From: Candidatus Woesebacteria bacterium
Lineage (GTDB): Bacteria > Patescibacteriota > Microgenomatia > UBA8517
Length of the DNA stretch: 64,000 nt
Direction of reading: 5' to 3'
Assembly (NCBI GenBank): GCA_016432365.1
Contig: CP066686.1
Coordinates: 64,355 to 128,354, forward strand
This document shows positions 15,188 to 25,523 of the stretch, in pieces. A program made the position numbers and the translations under genes. The notes beneath the pieces were generated by a model, which was not told where the DNA came from, made no database searches, and worked only from the letters and a program-made list of their open reading frames with translations. Numbering within the stretch: the stretch's first letter is position 1; each line of letters opens with the position of its first letter.

Positions 15188-17629
15188 TTAACACTCTGAA
15201 TGTCCGCACACATGGCATTTTGCGCAACCCTCTTCATAAACCAACGCACTGCTTCCACAAGAAGGACAAATATCCCCAGCCTTGGTCATTGGCTGTAAAA
15301 ATTGAGGTTCAGCAGCCGGAATGGGTGTGGGGTCTAGGACCGCCACACTGGTTCCAACCTGCAAACTAACTCCGTTCACAGAATCTTGTTTGTCAGACCC
15401 AAACCCAAAATGAAGAGATATTGCCCGTGCTACCGCATCAGGGAGCGATCTGATTTTATTTGGCCCAAATCCAACTGATCTGCCTCCACCAATCCCCCTC
15501 AGCTGCTCCATAATCTCCCTTGCCCGCTCGATAGGAGGCTTGTGGTTTCCAAATCTGAGAGTTGTAGAAATCATACGGCCCAACGCCTCTGCGAGAGCGG
15601 CCACCTCACTTCCTGCCTTACCTATGGTAATAAATACCTCAAATGGATTTCCTTGTGGATCTTGGTTTACTGTGATAAATGCAACGCCAAGAGGTGTTGG
15701 GATTCTATATGTTGCTCCGTCAACTCTCAGGGGTCTTTCTGTAACAATTGGCCTTGCCTCGCCGGAGCCTTGCGCGGAGGCGGGTTTTTCATCAACTTTT
15801 GAAAGAACTCCTGTCCTACTTCCGTCTCTAAAATAAGTAACACCCTTACAGCCAAGCTCGTAAGCAAGTTGATAGAGTTTTTTGACATCTTCTAAAGTGT
15901 GAGAATTGGGAGCATTAACGGTCTTGCTAATTGACGAGTCTGTTAAATTTTGAATCATTGCTTGGACTTTTACATGATCCTCGGGAGTTAGGGCACTGGC
16001 GCTGACAAAGTAATCCGGAATCTTTTCCGACGGGTGTTCCTTAAGCCATTCGTCGTACAGCGGATGATTAACAATATGCTCCCCGGTTCTATCGTTTCTT
16101 TTATAACTGAATTCGTAAACCGGTTCGATGCCGGAAGAAACCCCGGCAAGAAGAGAGATTGTACCCGTTGGAGCCTGGGTTAAAATAATTGCATTCCTTA
16201 TTCCGTGATTGGCTATTAACTTTCTAATTTCTTCCGGAAGTTTTTGAATGAACACTCCTTTTAAGTACTTATCTTTTTTAAATCCTCCAAAAGATCCCTT
16301 TTCTTTGGCGAGAAGTGCTGAAGTTGTATAAGCCGCATTTCTGATTGTAGAATATATTTTTTCAATGACTTCTAGAGACTCCGGGCTTCCGTATTTTAAT
16401 TTCATTTTGATAAGAGCGTCCGCCAGTCCTAAAGTACCTAGCCCAGTGCGTCTAATATTAAGCTGTGCTTTTTTATTTTCATCATAAAAATAGTAGTTGG
16501 CATCTACTACGTTATCCAAAAAACGTGTGGCAATTGAGGCGTGTTCTGCAAGAAGTTTATAATCAACATTTCCGTCATTAATAAATGCAGGGAGATTCAA
16601 ATGACCCAAGTTGCAAACCCCCCAAGCTCCCAAACCCTGCTCCCCACACGGGTTGGTTGCAATAATTTTTTCAAAATACCAGGTATTGCTTAACTTGTTA
16701 TATCTATCGATAAATACAACTCCCGGCTCAGCCGATTTCCATGCTGCCTCACCGATTAAATTCCATAAATCTCTCGCCTTTATGGTTTTGTGAACAATAA
16801 CCGGATAGTCTTTCTCCTTCCACTTATCTAAGTCCCCGTCCCATTCTTCGTCGTATTTATAATACGAGTTATCCGGAAAAACCAAATTCCAATCAGCGTC
16901 CGTTTTGACGGCATCCATGAACGCGTCGGAGACACACACCGAAAGATTTGCACCGGGAATTTTTGTGAGATCTTGTTTAACCGTGATGAACTCTTCAACA
17001 TCGGGGTGCCAATCATTAATCATTATCATCAAGGCCCCGCGGCGTGAACCACCCTGCTGAATAACATCGTGGTTTGCCGTTGAATAAAGAGCTGCCCAAT
17101 TAACAGGACCCGAAGAAGTTCCGTTTACTTTTTTAACTCTGGAACCTCTAGGTCTAAGTGAGCTCAAGTTTACCCCGACTCCTCCGCCCCTAGCCTGGAT
17201 TTCTACAGTCATTGTAATATTTTCCATAATTCCCCCGCGGCTATCCTTGGGAGACGGAATTACATAACAGTTGTAATAAGTTACTTGATACGGAGTTCCG
17301 GCGCCGGACAAAATACGACCAGCTGGGACAAATTTGAATCCACTCATCGCTTTATAGAACTTTTCTTCCCAAACTTTTCTTAAAGCCGGTTTTTCCTGTT
17401 GGGAAATCCCCCAGGCCACCCTTTTCCACATTTGTTCTGGATACTCCTCAAGCGGCTTACCCTCTTCATTCTTAAGTGAATATCTATCGAGAAAAACGTC
17501 CTTTCTTATCCCGTCAAGTGTAGTAGGGTTAGCCGGGGCTTCAAAAACAAAGTCCGCATTCATTAAGTGTTTTTTACTTTTCCCGTTTGTGTACTTCTTT
17601 TCTGTTTTGTTTTTTATTTGTAATTGCAT
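15188..17629 (-). CDS. nrdJ: Adenosylcobalamin-dependent ribonucleotide reductase (class II, NrdJ)
   Basis: At 813 aa it has the catalytic TNPCGEQ motif and a C-terminal Cys cluster (CPSCGSS...CAKCHVCG). nrdR and a B12 adenosyltransferase are adjacent. Confidence 0.9.
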   Translation of the reverse strand: MQLQIKNKTEKKYTNGKSKKHLMNADFVFEAPANPTTLDGIRKDVFLDRYSLKNEEGKPLEEYPEQMWKRVAWGISQQEKPALRKVWEEKFYKAMSGFKFVPAGRILSGAGTPYQVTYYNCYVIPSPKDSRGGIMENITMTVEIQARGGGVGVNLSSLRPRGSRVKKVNGTSSGPVNWAALYSTANHDVIQQGGSRRGALMIMINDWHPDVEEFITVKQDLTKIPGANLSVCVSDAFMDAVKTDADWNLVFPDNSYYKYDEEWDGDLDKWKEKDYPVIVHKTIKARDLWNLIGEAAWKSAEPGVVFIDRYNKLSNTWYFEKIIATNPCGEQGLGAWGVCNLGHLNLPAFINDGNVDYKLLAEHASIATRFLDNVVDANYYFYDENKKAQLNIRRTGLGTLGLADALIKMKLKYGSPESLEVIEKIYSTIRNAAYTTSALLAKEKGSFGGFKKDKYLKGVFIQKLPEEIRKLIANHGIRNAIILTQAPTGTISLLAGVSSGIEPVYEFSYKRNDRTGEHIVNHPLYDEWLKEHPSEKIPDYFVSASALTPEDHVKVQAMIQNLTDSSISKTVNAPNSHTLEDVKKLYQLAYELGCKGVTYFRDGSRTGVLSKVDEKPASAQGSGEARPIVTERPLRVDGATYRIPTPLGVAFITVNQDPQGNPFEVFITIGKAGSEVAALAEALGRMISTTLRFGNHKPPIERAREIMEQLRGIGGGRSVGFGPNKIRSLPDAVARAISLHFGFGSDKQDSVNGVSLQVGTSVAVLDPTPIPAAEPQFLQPMTKAGDICPSCGSSALVYEEGCAKCHVCGHSEC

Positions 17630-17665
17630 ATATTAATTAACGCTCAACAATAGATTTCAGAAGCT

Positions 17666-17681
17666 ACACAACTTGTTGTGT
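17666..17681. promoter_or_regulatory. NrdR-box-like 16-bp perfect palindrome ACACAACTTGTTGTGT in the nrdJ upstream region
   Basis: It sits between nrdR and nrdJ. The ACAC...GTGT ends match the published NrdR box consensus (acaCwAtATaTwGtgt). Confidence 0.5.
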
Positions 17682-17710
17682 GCGCGACTGAACCTAGTAC
17701 CAGAGAAGTC

Positions 17711-18145
17711 CTACTTCTCTATGGCTTTTTCAAAATCACTTAAATCTTCAAATTCAAGATATACGCTGGCGAACCTCAACCAAGCTACTTTATCTAATTT
17801 CTTAAGTCTCTTTAAAATTGCATTGCCAATTGTACGGCTTTGAACCTCAGCCTCCTCAGCTTTAAGCATTTCCCGTTCGACATCTTCTAAAACCGCCTCT
17901 ACCTGATCCATTGAGACCGGACGTTTAAGTATCGCTCTCAATATTCCCCTTCTTATCTTTTCCTTGTCGAAAGGTTCGCGCCGTCCGTCTTTTTTTATCA
18001 CCCAAAGGAAAGTTTTTTTTACCTCTTCAAAGGTTGTAAATCTTTTCTCACATTTACCACACTCCCGCCTACGCCGGACTTTACCATCAACCGTTCTGCT
18101 TTCGAGAACACTTGTATCTGCCGCTCCACAAAATGGACATTTCAT
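17711..18145 (-). CDS. nrdR: Transcriptional repressor NrdR
   Basis: It has the zinc ribbon MKCPFCGA...CGKCEKRF followed by an ATP-cone; length is 144 aa. Confidence 0.9.
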   Translation of the reverse strand: MKCPFCGAADTSVLESRTVDGKVRRRRECGKCEKRFTTFEEVKKTFLWVIKKDGRREPFDKEKIRRGILRAILKRPVSMDQVEAVLEDVEREMLKAEEAEVQSRTIGNAILKRLKKLDKVAWLRFASVYLEFEDLSDFEKAIEK

Positions 18146-18394
18146 AGGTAATAATAAGTAAGGGCAGAAACTTCTTTCACGAATGGAAAACGTTTACTCT
18201 ACAACTAGTGACAAAGGTGATTATTCAACACTACCCCTACACTATCAACTACCAACATTTATAGCAAAACATATCACATCAGGCGTGAGGTGAAGCCATT
18301 TTTTTTGAACTTATTTTGCTCGCGGGGAATCTTGCGGAAATCTAAAATTTGAAGTTATAAAGAATGGTTCAAAAAAGATAAACAATAGCGGTAG

Positions 18395-19024
18395 TTATGG
18401 CCTATCGAACGGGTCAATCGGAACTGATTTGCCTTTTGAATATAATGCATCTCTCGCCGATTTGTATGCATTTTTACCATAATTCTCAAGTCTGATAACT
18501 TCCGGTTTTGCATCCTCAGGAGAAATTGGTAGTATCTCCTCCTCGATAACCTGCCTGTGTTTGATTGCTGAAACAGCAATTTTTTCCAAAAACTTTGAAG
18601 TATCTATTCCCTCTTTTCTCGCCAGGTCCTCTTCGTTGGTGGCAATTTCCATATATCTCTCACTTTTACTTAATGTAGAAAGCGCTATATCCGGTTTTTT
18701 CTTTTCAAATAAAATTTTGGCAGCACCCAAACGTTTATCCGAAAAAAGAAGTGCCAACTCGGCTTTTTTCAAATGGGAGAAGGACAGTGCATACCAAACT
18801 TTATCCCTCATCACTTTAAATACCCAAAATGGGCTATCCGGTAATATTTTACCGGGAAAAGGAAGTTCGTAATTTATTTTCGTAACTTTATTTAACACTG
18901 ATGCCGGAGAGGACAACGGGGTTGCAAAAACATAGGTCACCGCCGTAGACCGCATAACCGAAACCGAAAGAATTGCGAAAGCAAGGACAAAAAGAGGGAT
19001 TCCGTACAAATATTTCTTAAACAT
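18395..19024 (-). CDS. Hypothetical secreted/membrane-anchored protein
   Basis: It has an N-terminal signal/TM segment (LYGIPLFVLAFAILSVSV) and no recognisable catalytic motif. Confidence 0.45.
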   Translation of the reverse strand: MFKKYLYGIPLFVLAFAILSVSVMRSTAVTYVFATPLSSPASVLNKVTKINYELPFPGKILPDSPFWVFKVMRDKVWYALSFSHLKKAELALLFSDKRLGAAKILFEKKKPDIALSTLSKSERYMEIATNEEDLARKEGIDTSKFLEKIAVSAIKHRQVIEEEILPISPEDAKPEVIRLENYGKNAYKSARDALYSKGKSVPIDPFDRP

Positions 19025-19137
19025 CAGGTAATTGTAATGGTAGGACTGAATTTGCGTCGTGTCAAATCAGAGAGTCTGAATATCGGACTTTCCGAACTGC
19101 TGATTGACTGACGTTCCGAGTATTCTGAGTCGTCCGG

Positions 19138-19794
19138 TTATCTGAAGAGTATGATTGGCCACTCCCAAAGAACATGGAGAAATATCGATCCAAAAATATT
19201 TTTGGTCCTGCCGAAAATGAAAGCACTTCCAAGTCCGAATATCGCCGTCAAGCTTAAATATACAATTCCCTGCGGGAGGGTGTACCCCCAAATAAAAAAT
19301 GCTATCGGAACATGGATCCCTGTCCAGAGAAGAGCCTGGATAATATTTGCCGACCATTCATTTTTGAGAACAAAAGAGAGTCTGCTAAAAATATATCCCC
19401 TAAAAGCCGACTCTTCAGAAAAAGCGGTAATAAAAGACAGCCCGAACGACATTATAAGTGGCATACTTCCGATATTTGCACCAAAATTTAATTTCCCGTA
19501 TTTTACAAAGTTGGTTAAAACCCCCTCCATAACAAATACCGCTCCCAATCCTATTGCGAGATAGATTGCGGGGAAAATATTTTTAAAAGTAAATCCAAGT
19601 GATGAAATTCCAAATCCCTCTTTTTTGACAAAGTAAAAAAGCGGAATAAGCCAAACAATCGGCTTGATGACCAACTCTTCAATTTCATCCGGGAGTCTGA
19701 ATAGAAACCTATAAAATGCCCAGACAATAATCAGATAAGTCGCGTAAATTGTTACGTATTTAAGTACTCTTATTTTTGAAACCTTGGCAGTCAT
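19138..19794 (-). CDS. CPBP family intramembrane metalloprotease (CAAX protease/Abi-like)
   Basis: It is multi-TM with the motifs EESAFRGY (EExxxR), FxxxH (IWTGIHVP) and a C-terminal HVLWE. Confidence 0.7.
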   Translation of the reverse strand: MTAKVSKIRVLKYVTIYATYLIIVWAFYRFLFRLPDEIEELVIKPIVWLIPLFYFVKKEGFGISSLGFTFKNIFPAIYLAIGLGAVFVMEGVLTNFVKYGKLNFGANIGSMPLIMSFGLSFITAFSEESAFRGYIFSRLSFVLKNEWSANIIQALLWTGIHVPIAFFIWGYTLPQGIVYLSLTAIFGLGSAFIFGRTKNIFGSIFLHVLWEWPIILFR

Positions 19795-19844
19795 AAATAA
19801 ATAATATCAGTAAGTACAAATAAATACTAATTCCAAATTACCAA

Positions 19845-20387
19845 TTACTGGGCATTGGTGGTTGTTGGGTTGTTTGTATTTATTTGGCATTCTTTAAAAG
19901 ACTGGTCAATTGCCTGGATTATCATTTCGATTCTTTTACCCGATTCCTCGAGTGAAATCGCGTTTTTTTCGTTTGGAAACCAATGAAAAACCAGATTTCG
20001 CGACTGCTTCCATGTTTCCCAAAGCAATTCAGCCAAATCCGCCCCCCCACAATACTTCACTATCTTATCGTAAACTCCGTTGCGTCTAAATTCTCTGGGT
20101 AAAGAAGGATTCAAGGCCTTCCCGATCCTGAAATGTTTTCCGTAATAATCGATGTCTGTAATAAAACCAAGATCCAAAAAAAGTTTCTTTAAAAAACCTT
20201 CGTAAGCTTTGGCTGCCGGAAACACAACAAATGAATAATCGTCAAATTCCCTCTTTCCTCCAGGGAGGTCTGCCCCCCAGCTTTTTACCGTAGCATAAAT
20301 GAATTCCGACTCTTTAAGAAGTTTTTGAAGATCCTCCTCAAGATAACTCCACCATATTTTTGCCGATAGTTGCTCCAATGTTTCCAT
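19845..20387 (-). CDS. Hypothetical protein (180 aa)
   Basis: An ORF with no confident motif assignment. Confidence 0.4.
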   Translation of the reverse strand: METLEQLSAKIWWSYLEEDLQKLLKESEFIYATVKSWGADLPGGKREFDDYSFVVFPAAKAYEGFLKKLFLDLGFITDIDYYGKHFRIGKALNPSLPREFRRNGVYDKIVKYCGGADLAELLWETWKQSRNLVFHWFPNEKNAISLEESGKRIEMIIQAIDQSFKECQINTNNPTTTNAQ

Positions 20388-22654
20388 TTAGTAAAATATT
20401 GTCATTAATTGATATACTTACTGTATATTATATAATCCTTCCGCTGATGAAAAACATACTTAAAAAAATCGGTGAACATCTTTCGATTAGACGGAATGTT
20501 AAACGTATCATATTTTTTGGAATCTTTGGAGGGACATTCTTATACCTTTTCTGGGGGATTCCCTTGCCCACCAGGCTTGCATCTCAAAATCTTCCCGTCT
20601 CGACAAAAATCTTAGACCGTAATGAAAAATTAATTTATGAAATTTACACTGATAAAAAGCGCACTCCTATTAGGCTTTCTGAACTTCCCAAATATATTCC
20701 TGAAGCCACCATATCAATTGAAGACAAAGATTTTTACAAACATCAAGGTTTCTCTCTAACCGGAATCACAAGAGCTTTGTACAGTAATATTTTTAAAAGA
20801 GAACTTCAAGGAGGTTCGACTATCAGCCAACAACTTGTTAAAAACGCTCTTTTGACACAAGAGAGAACAATTAGACGCAAGGCCCAAGAAGTAATCCTCA
20901 CGGTGATCATTGAGGGGATCTATACAAAGGACCAAATACTCGAAATGTACCTCAACGAAATCCCTTACGGAGGAACAGCTTATGGGATTGAAACCGCAAG
21001 TGAAACCTATTTTGGTAAGTTGGCCAAAGATTTGAATCTTGCCGAAGCGGCCCTTTTGGTGGGTCTTCCTCAGAGGCCATCAACATATTCTCCCTTTGGA
21101 GCGCATCCGGAACTTGCAAAGTTACGACAGCAAGAAGTTTTAAAACAAATGGTTGCAAATAAATATATTTCGCAGGAGGAAGCAGACAAAACCGATAAGG
21201 TAGAATTAAAATATGCAAACATTAAACCCCCGGCCGCTCCCCACTTTGCTCTCTGGATAAAAGAACAACTAACCGATAAATACGGTCTGCAAAAAGTGGA
21301 ACAGGGGGGTTTAAGGGTCTATACAACTCTTGACCTCGATATCCAAAATATCGCACAACAAGCGGTTGCATCAGAAGTCGGAAAACTCACAAAACAAAAT
21401 GTCCATAATGGCGCTGCAATCGTAACAAAACCTTCTACCGGAGAAATATTGGCAATGGTGGGATCAAAAGATTACTTTGCAAAAGACGAAGACGGAAAAG
21501 TAAATGTTATTTTATCCCAAAGACAGCCAGGGAGTTCTATTAAACCTCTTAATTATGCACTTGCCATCCGTGATCAAAAAATAACTCCGGCCACCGCCTT
21601 CGCCGACGTGCCAACATGTTTCCAAGTCGCAGGTCAACCTCCATATTGTCCGGTTAATTACGACGGTAAATTCCACGGTTTAATTCAAACACGCTTCGCT
21701 CTGGCCAATTCATATAACATCCCCGCTGTAAAAACTCTTGCCGTCAACGGGGTCGACAATTTTGTCGGTTTCGCAAACCAAATGGGTATTTCAACTTTTA
21801 TAGATCCAAAAAATTATGGACTTTCACTAACACTCGGAGGAGGTGAGGTTAGACCTTACGATATGGCTGAAGCTTTCGGAGTATTTGCAAACCAAGGAAT
21901 AAAAGAGCCTCTTATCGCCATCACCAAAGTGACTGATTGGAAAGGAAATACTCTTGAACAAACCGACGTCAAAAAACTGGAGCTAACAGGAACCAGGGTC
22001 CTGGAACCCGCCGTAACTTTTCTTATTTCCCATATATTACTTGATAACGGTGCCAGAAGCGCAGCTTTTGGAACAAGCTCACAACTTAATGTAAAAGGAC
22101 ACTCCGAAGTTTCGGTTAAAACCGGAACCACTAATGACAGGCGGGATAACTGGACTATTGGTTATACGGCCGACGCCGTTACCGTTACATGGGTAGGAAA
22201 CAACGACAATACACAAATGAGCGGAGCCGTATCGGGAATAAGCGGGGCCTCACCAATTTGGAACAAAGTAATGAAAGCGGTACTTGATAAAGCCGAAGCC
22301 GGTGCATACGACCCTAACAAAAAAGGCCACGCATGGCCCAAACAACCCGAAGGAGTAACGGGTGCCACTGTATGTACAAATACCGGAGGGTCTCCCCCTT
22401 CTTCTGATCCCGCAAACCCAGGATGCCAAACAAGATTTGAATATTTTCTAAATGGAACCGTTCCAGCCACCTCTCTCATCACGAGCCAGGACGTTTCTAT
22501 TTTTAATGACACAGGCCAACAAGCCCCGGCTAGCGCCGACCCTACCCAGATTCATTTTGAAAACCGCCAAGTATACACCGATCCGACCGGCACCATTTAT
22601 TGTCTGGATTGTCCTGTTGCGAGTGCCTCCGCCACGATCAGATACCCACTCTAG
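20360..22654 (+). CDS. Class A penicillin-binding protein (PBP1A; GT51 transglycosylase + transpeptidase)
   Basis: It has GT51 motifs (EDKDFYKHQGFS, GGSTISQQLVKN), TPase motifs (SSIKP, KTGTTND) and an N-terminal TM; length is 764 aa. Confidence 0.9.
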   Translation: MPIVAPMFPFSKILSLIDILTVYYIILPLMKNILKKIGEHLSIRRNVKRIIFFGIFGGTFLYLFWGIPLPTRLASQNLPVSTKILDRNEKLIYEIYTDKKRTPIRLSELPKYIPEATISIEDKDFYKHQGFSLTGITRALYSNIFKRELQGGSTISQQLVKNALLTQERTIRRKAQEVILTVIIEGIYTKDQILEMYLNEIPYGGTAYGIETASETYFGKLAKDLNLAEAALLVGLPQRPSTYSPFGAHPELAKLRQQEVLKQMVANKYISQEEADKTDKVELKYANIKPPAAPHFALWIKEQLTDKYGLQKVEQGGLRVYTTLDLDIQNIAQQAVASEVGKLTKQNVHNGAAIVTKPSTGEILAMVGSKDYFAKDEDGKVNVILSQRQPGSSIKPLNYALAIRDQKITPATAFADVPTCFQVAGQPPYCPVNYDGKFHGLIQTRFALANSYNIPAVKTLAVNGVDNFVGFANQMGISTFIDPKNYGLSLTLGGGEVRPYDMAEAFGVFANQGIKEPLIAITKVTDWKGNTLEQTDVKKLELTGTRVLEPAVTFLISHILLDNGARSAAFGTSSQLNVKGHSEVSVKTGTTNDRRDNWTIGYTADAVTVTWVGNNDNTQMSGAVSGISGASPIWNKVMKAVLDKAEAGAYDPNKKGHAWPKQPEGVTGATVCTNTGGSPPSSDPANPGCQTRFEYFLNGTVPATSLITSQDVSIFNDTGQQAPASADPTQIHFENRQVYTDPTGTIYCLDCPVASASATIRYPL

Positions 22655-22679
22655 ATAATGTCTGGTACAATACGCCGTA

Positions 22680-25124
22680 ATGGCGAAACGGCCTAATGTT
22701 AAACCCAATGAGAAATCTGCCCAAAATATCAGCTTGACTCCCGTTCAGACACTTGGGGGTCTTTTAGCTCTGGTCGGGAAACCGTTCTATTTGATCCTTT
22801 CACACCTGGTACTTGGGATAATATTTATCTTGCTTGCCATTGGAAAAACCACAAGACTCCTAGTTGCTGCCGTAACCCGACATTTTAAGTGGCTATTCAC
22901 CACAATAATACAAAGAAAAAAGGAAAATAAAAAACAAAAAGCAGCAAAAAAACTAAGAACAAACAAGCGTGTCAATCAACTGAAATTTCAACTCCCGAAT
23001 TTCAAACTCTTTTTCAAACTTGAGAAACTCCGGGTGAACCTCTTTGAATTAAAAATACTTTTTAATTTTAAAAGAAATATCGCCAAGATTGGGGACTCCA
23101 TCAGAAAGTTCAGGTCAAAGTTCAAATCCAAGCTTTTTATCGTTATCAGCGTTCTAATATTTTTACTTTTTAATTTTTACTTTTTAATTTTCAAAGACCT
23201 CCCCTCCCCAAAAGATCTCGATACCAGAGAGCCTGAAGTCTCAACTAAAATTTATGACAGAAACGGCAATTTGCTTTACAAAATTTATAAAGATAAAAAC
23301 CGGACAATTGTCCCTCTAACCCAAATTCCCCAACAAGTACGTCTTGCCACCCTCGCTGCAGAAGACGCCGAATTTTATTCTCACCCTGGTTTTTCCATTA
23401 AGGGGATTTTCAGGGCGGTGATTACAGACATCCGCAGCGGATCATTGCAGGGCGGTTCAACCATCACACAACAACTTGTAAAAAATACACTTCTTTCCCC
23501 TGAAAAAACAATACTTAGAAAAATAAAGGAAATTATATTATCAGTCGAGGTGGAGTATTTGTACACAAAAGATCAGATTTTAGAAATGTATCTTAATGAA
23601 GTTAGCTACGGCGGCACCGCTTACGGAATTCAAGAGGCCAGTCTTTCTTATTTTGGAAAAGACGCCAGAGATCTAACTCTTGCCGAAGCGGCTCTACTCG
23701 CCGGACTGCCAAAAAGTCCGACACTATATTCACCATTCGGACAAAATCCCGACCTTGCCTTTGAAAGACAAAAAGAAGTCCTCCACCTGATGGTAGTAAA
23801 TAAATTCATCACAAAAAGCCAGGAAACTGAAGCTGTGAATCAAAAGCTAAGATTCCTACCTAAAAAAACTGAGATTAAAGCCCCACATTTTGTTATGTAT
23901 GTTAGACAAATGTTGGTGGATAAATATGGCGAAGATATGGTAGAAAAAGGCGGACTTGAGGTAACAACTTCGCTGGACCTTAACATTCAGAACTTAGCAG
24001 AGAAAATCGTATCACAAGAAGTTGATAGAATTAAAAATCTTCATGTAGGCAACGGTGCCGCTTTAGTCGTAAACCCCCAAACAGGAGAGATTCTAAGCAT
24101 GGTAGGCTCCAAAAATTATTTTGATACTGCCGGTGACGGTAATGTAAATGTCCTGACAAGACTCAGACAACCCGGAAGTTCAATAAAGGTTGTTAATTAC
24201 GCTTATGCCCTAGGTAACGGTTTTACTCCGGCGACAATCATAAACGATTCGCCGATCATATATTCTACCCCCGGTTCACCACCCTACTCTCCACAAAATT
24301 ATGATGGGAAATTTATAGGGAATGTATCTCTCAGAAACGCATTGGCACAATCGAGAAATATTCCGGCAGTCAAAGTTCTGGTTAGTTATGGAGTACCAAA
24401 AATGATCGAGCAAGGTCGTAAGATGGGTATAACTTCATGGGATGATCCTTCAAAATATGGTCTTTCATTAACCTTGGGAGGAGGCGCTGTTAAAGCAATC
24501 GAACTGGTAAGAGTCTACGGTGTTTTGGCTAATTACGGCAAACGAATGGACTTAATACCAATTTTAAGCGTCAAAGATTATAAGGGTAGAATTTTAGAAA
24601 AGAATACCCCAAACGGAGAGCAAGTTCTTGATCCAAGAATTGCATTTTCTCTGACAGATATTTTAAAGGACAATCCGGCAAGAGCTCCTGAATTTGGATT
24701 AAATTCATATCTGGTTATTAAAAACCATCCCGAAGTAGCGGTAAAAACAGGAACAAGCAATGATTTAAGGGATAACTGGGCGGTGGGTTACAATCAAAAT
24801 TTTTTGGTATTAACTTGGGTCGGAAATAATGACAATTCACCAATGAGCCATGTTGCATCAGGTGTTACCGGTGCGTCACCTATTTGGAATAAAATAATAT
24901 CGGCATTACTCACCGATCAATTGTCGATTGATTGGAAAGCACCGGAGGGTGTAAGTAAAATTAATATTTGCACACTCACAGGCAATCTTCCCTGTAATGG
25001 TTGCCCGACGCGACAAGAGTGGTTCTTGGACGAAAAAAAACCAACCCATCGTATTTGTGCCACACCAATACCAGTTATTCAAGAAGGAAATATACTAAAT
25101 TCAGGGTCTTCAACAAGAAATTAA
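22680..25124 (+). CDS. Second class A penicillin-binding protein (PBP1A paralog) with a long Lys-rich N-terminal region
   Basis: It has GT51 motifs (EDAEFYSHPGFS, GGSTITQQLVKN) and TPase motifs (SSIKV, KTGTSND); length is 814 aa. It lies in tandem with the preceding PBP. Confidence 0.9.
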   Translation: MAKRPNVKPNEKSAQNISLTPVQTLGGLLALVGKPFYLILSHLVLGIIFILLAIGKTTRLLVAAVTRHFKWLFTTIIQRKKENKKQKAAKKLRTNKRVNQLKFQLPNFKLFFKLEKLRVNLFELKILFNFKRNIAKIGDSIRKFRSKFKSKLFIVISVLIFLLFNFYFLIFKDLPSPKDLDTREPEVSTKIYDRNGNLLYKIYKDKNRTIVPLTQIPQQVRLATLAAEDAEFYSHPGFSIKGIFRAVITDIRSGSLQGGSTITQQLVKNTLLSPEKTILRKIKEIILSVEVEYLYTKDQILEMYLNEVSYGGTAYGIQEASLSYFGKDARDLTLAEAALLAGLPKSPTLYSPFGQNPDLAFERQKEVLHLMVVNKFITKSQETEAVNQKLRFLPKKTEIKAPHFVMYVRQMLVDKYGEDMVEKGGLEVTTSLDLNIQNLAEKIVSQEVDRIKNLHVGNGAALVVNPQTGEILSMVGSKNYFDTAGDGNVNVLTRLRQPGSSIKVVNYAYALGNGFTPATIINDSPIIYSTPGSPPYSPQNYDGKFIGNVSLRNALAQSRNIPAVKVLVSYGVPKMIEQGRKMGITSWDDPSKYGLSLTLGGGAVKAIELVRVYGVLANYGKRMDLIPILSVKDYKGRILEKNTPNGEQVLDPRIAFSLTDILKDNPARAPEFGLNSYLVIKNHPEVAVKTGTSNDLRDNWAVGYNQNFLVLTWVGNNDNSPMSHVASGVTGASPIWNKIISALLTDQLSIDWKAPEGVSKINICTLTGNLPCNGCPTRQEWFLDEKKPTHRICATPIPVIQEGNILNSGSSTRN

Positions 25125-25135
25125 TGATCGTCTTT

Positions 25136-25510
25136 TTAATTCCCGCTTTTTTTGATCGTTATTGTCTCCTCTTTAAAAAAGTTGAGAGAGTCAAAATTCA
25201 TCTTTGGTAAACTGAAGTTGGGTTTGGGCAAATTTAGTTGTCCTTTACCCTCAGAGGTAAAGGTAAGTATTCCTGAAATAATTACTGTTGCCAAAATCAC
25301 AATTAAAAGTGTCAGTCTCTCGCGCTTTCCCCAAGGCTTGGGGGGCTCTTTTCTTTTTTTTCTATTCTCAGGTTTTAAATCTCTCAACCTGCGTCTGGAA
25401 AATTCACCTTTGCCCTCCGAAGCGTAGGCGTTGGATGGGTCGTCATCAAACTCTTCTTCGTCTTTCTTTCTTCCAAAAAGTGCCATGCTTAATTCTACAA
25501 TAAAAATCAC
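25136..25510 (-). CDS. Hypothetical small membrane protein
   Basis: An ORF with a basic N-terminus and one TM helix (LTLLIVILATVIISGIL); the start is probably the internal MALFGRKK. Confidence 0.3.
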   Translation of the reverse strand: MIFIVELSMALFGRKKDEEEFDDDPSNAYASEGKGEFSRRRLRDLKPENRKKRKEPPKPWGKRERLTLLIVILATVIISGILTFTSEGKGQLNLPKPNFSLPKMNFDSLNFFKEETITIKKSGN

Positions 25511-25523
25511 TTATACTTAACCT

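Noticed and set aside
15188-17629. Possible intein in NrdJ
   Set aside because: The length of 813 aa is normal for class II RNRs, and no Hint-domain motifs (N-terminal Cys/Ser block, a C-terminal HN then C/S/T) interrupt the catalytic TNPCGEQ region.
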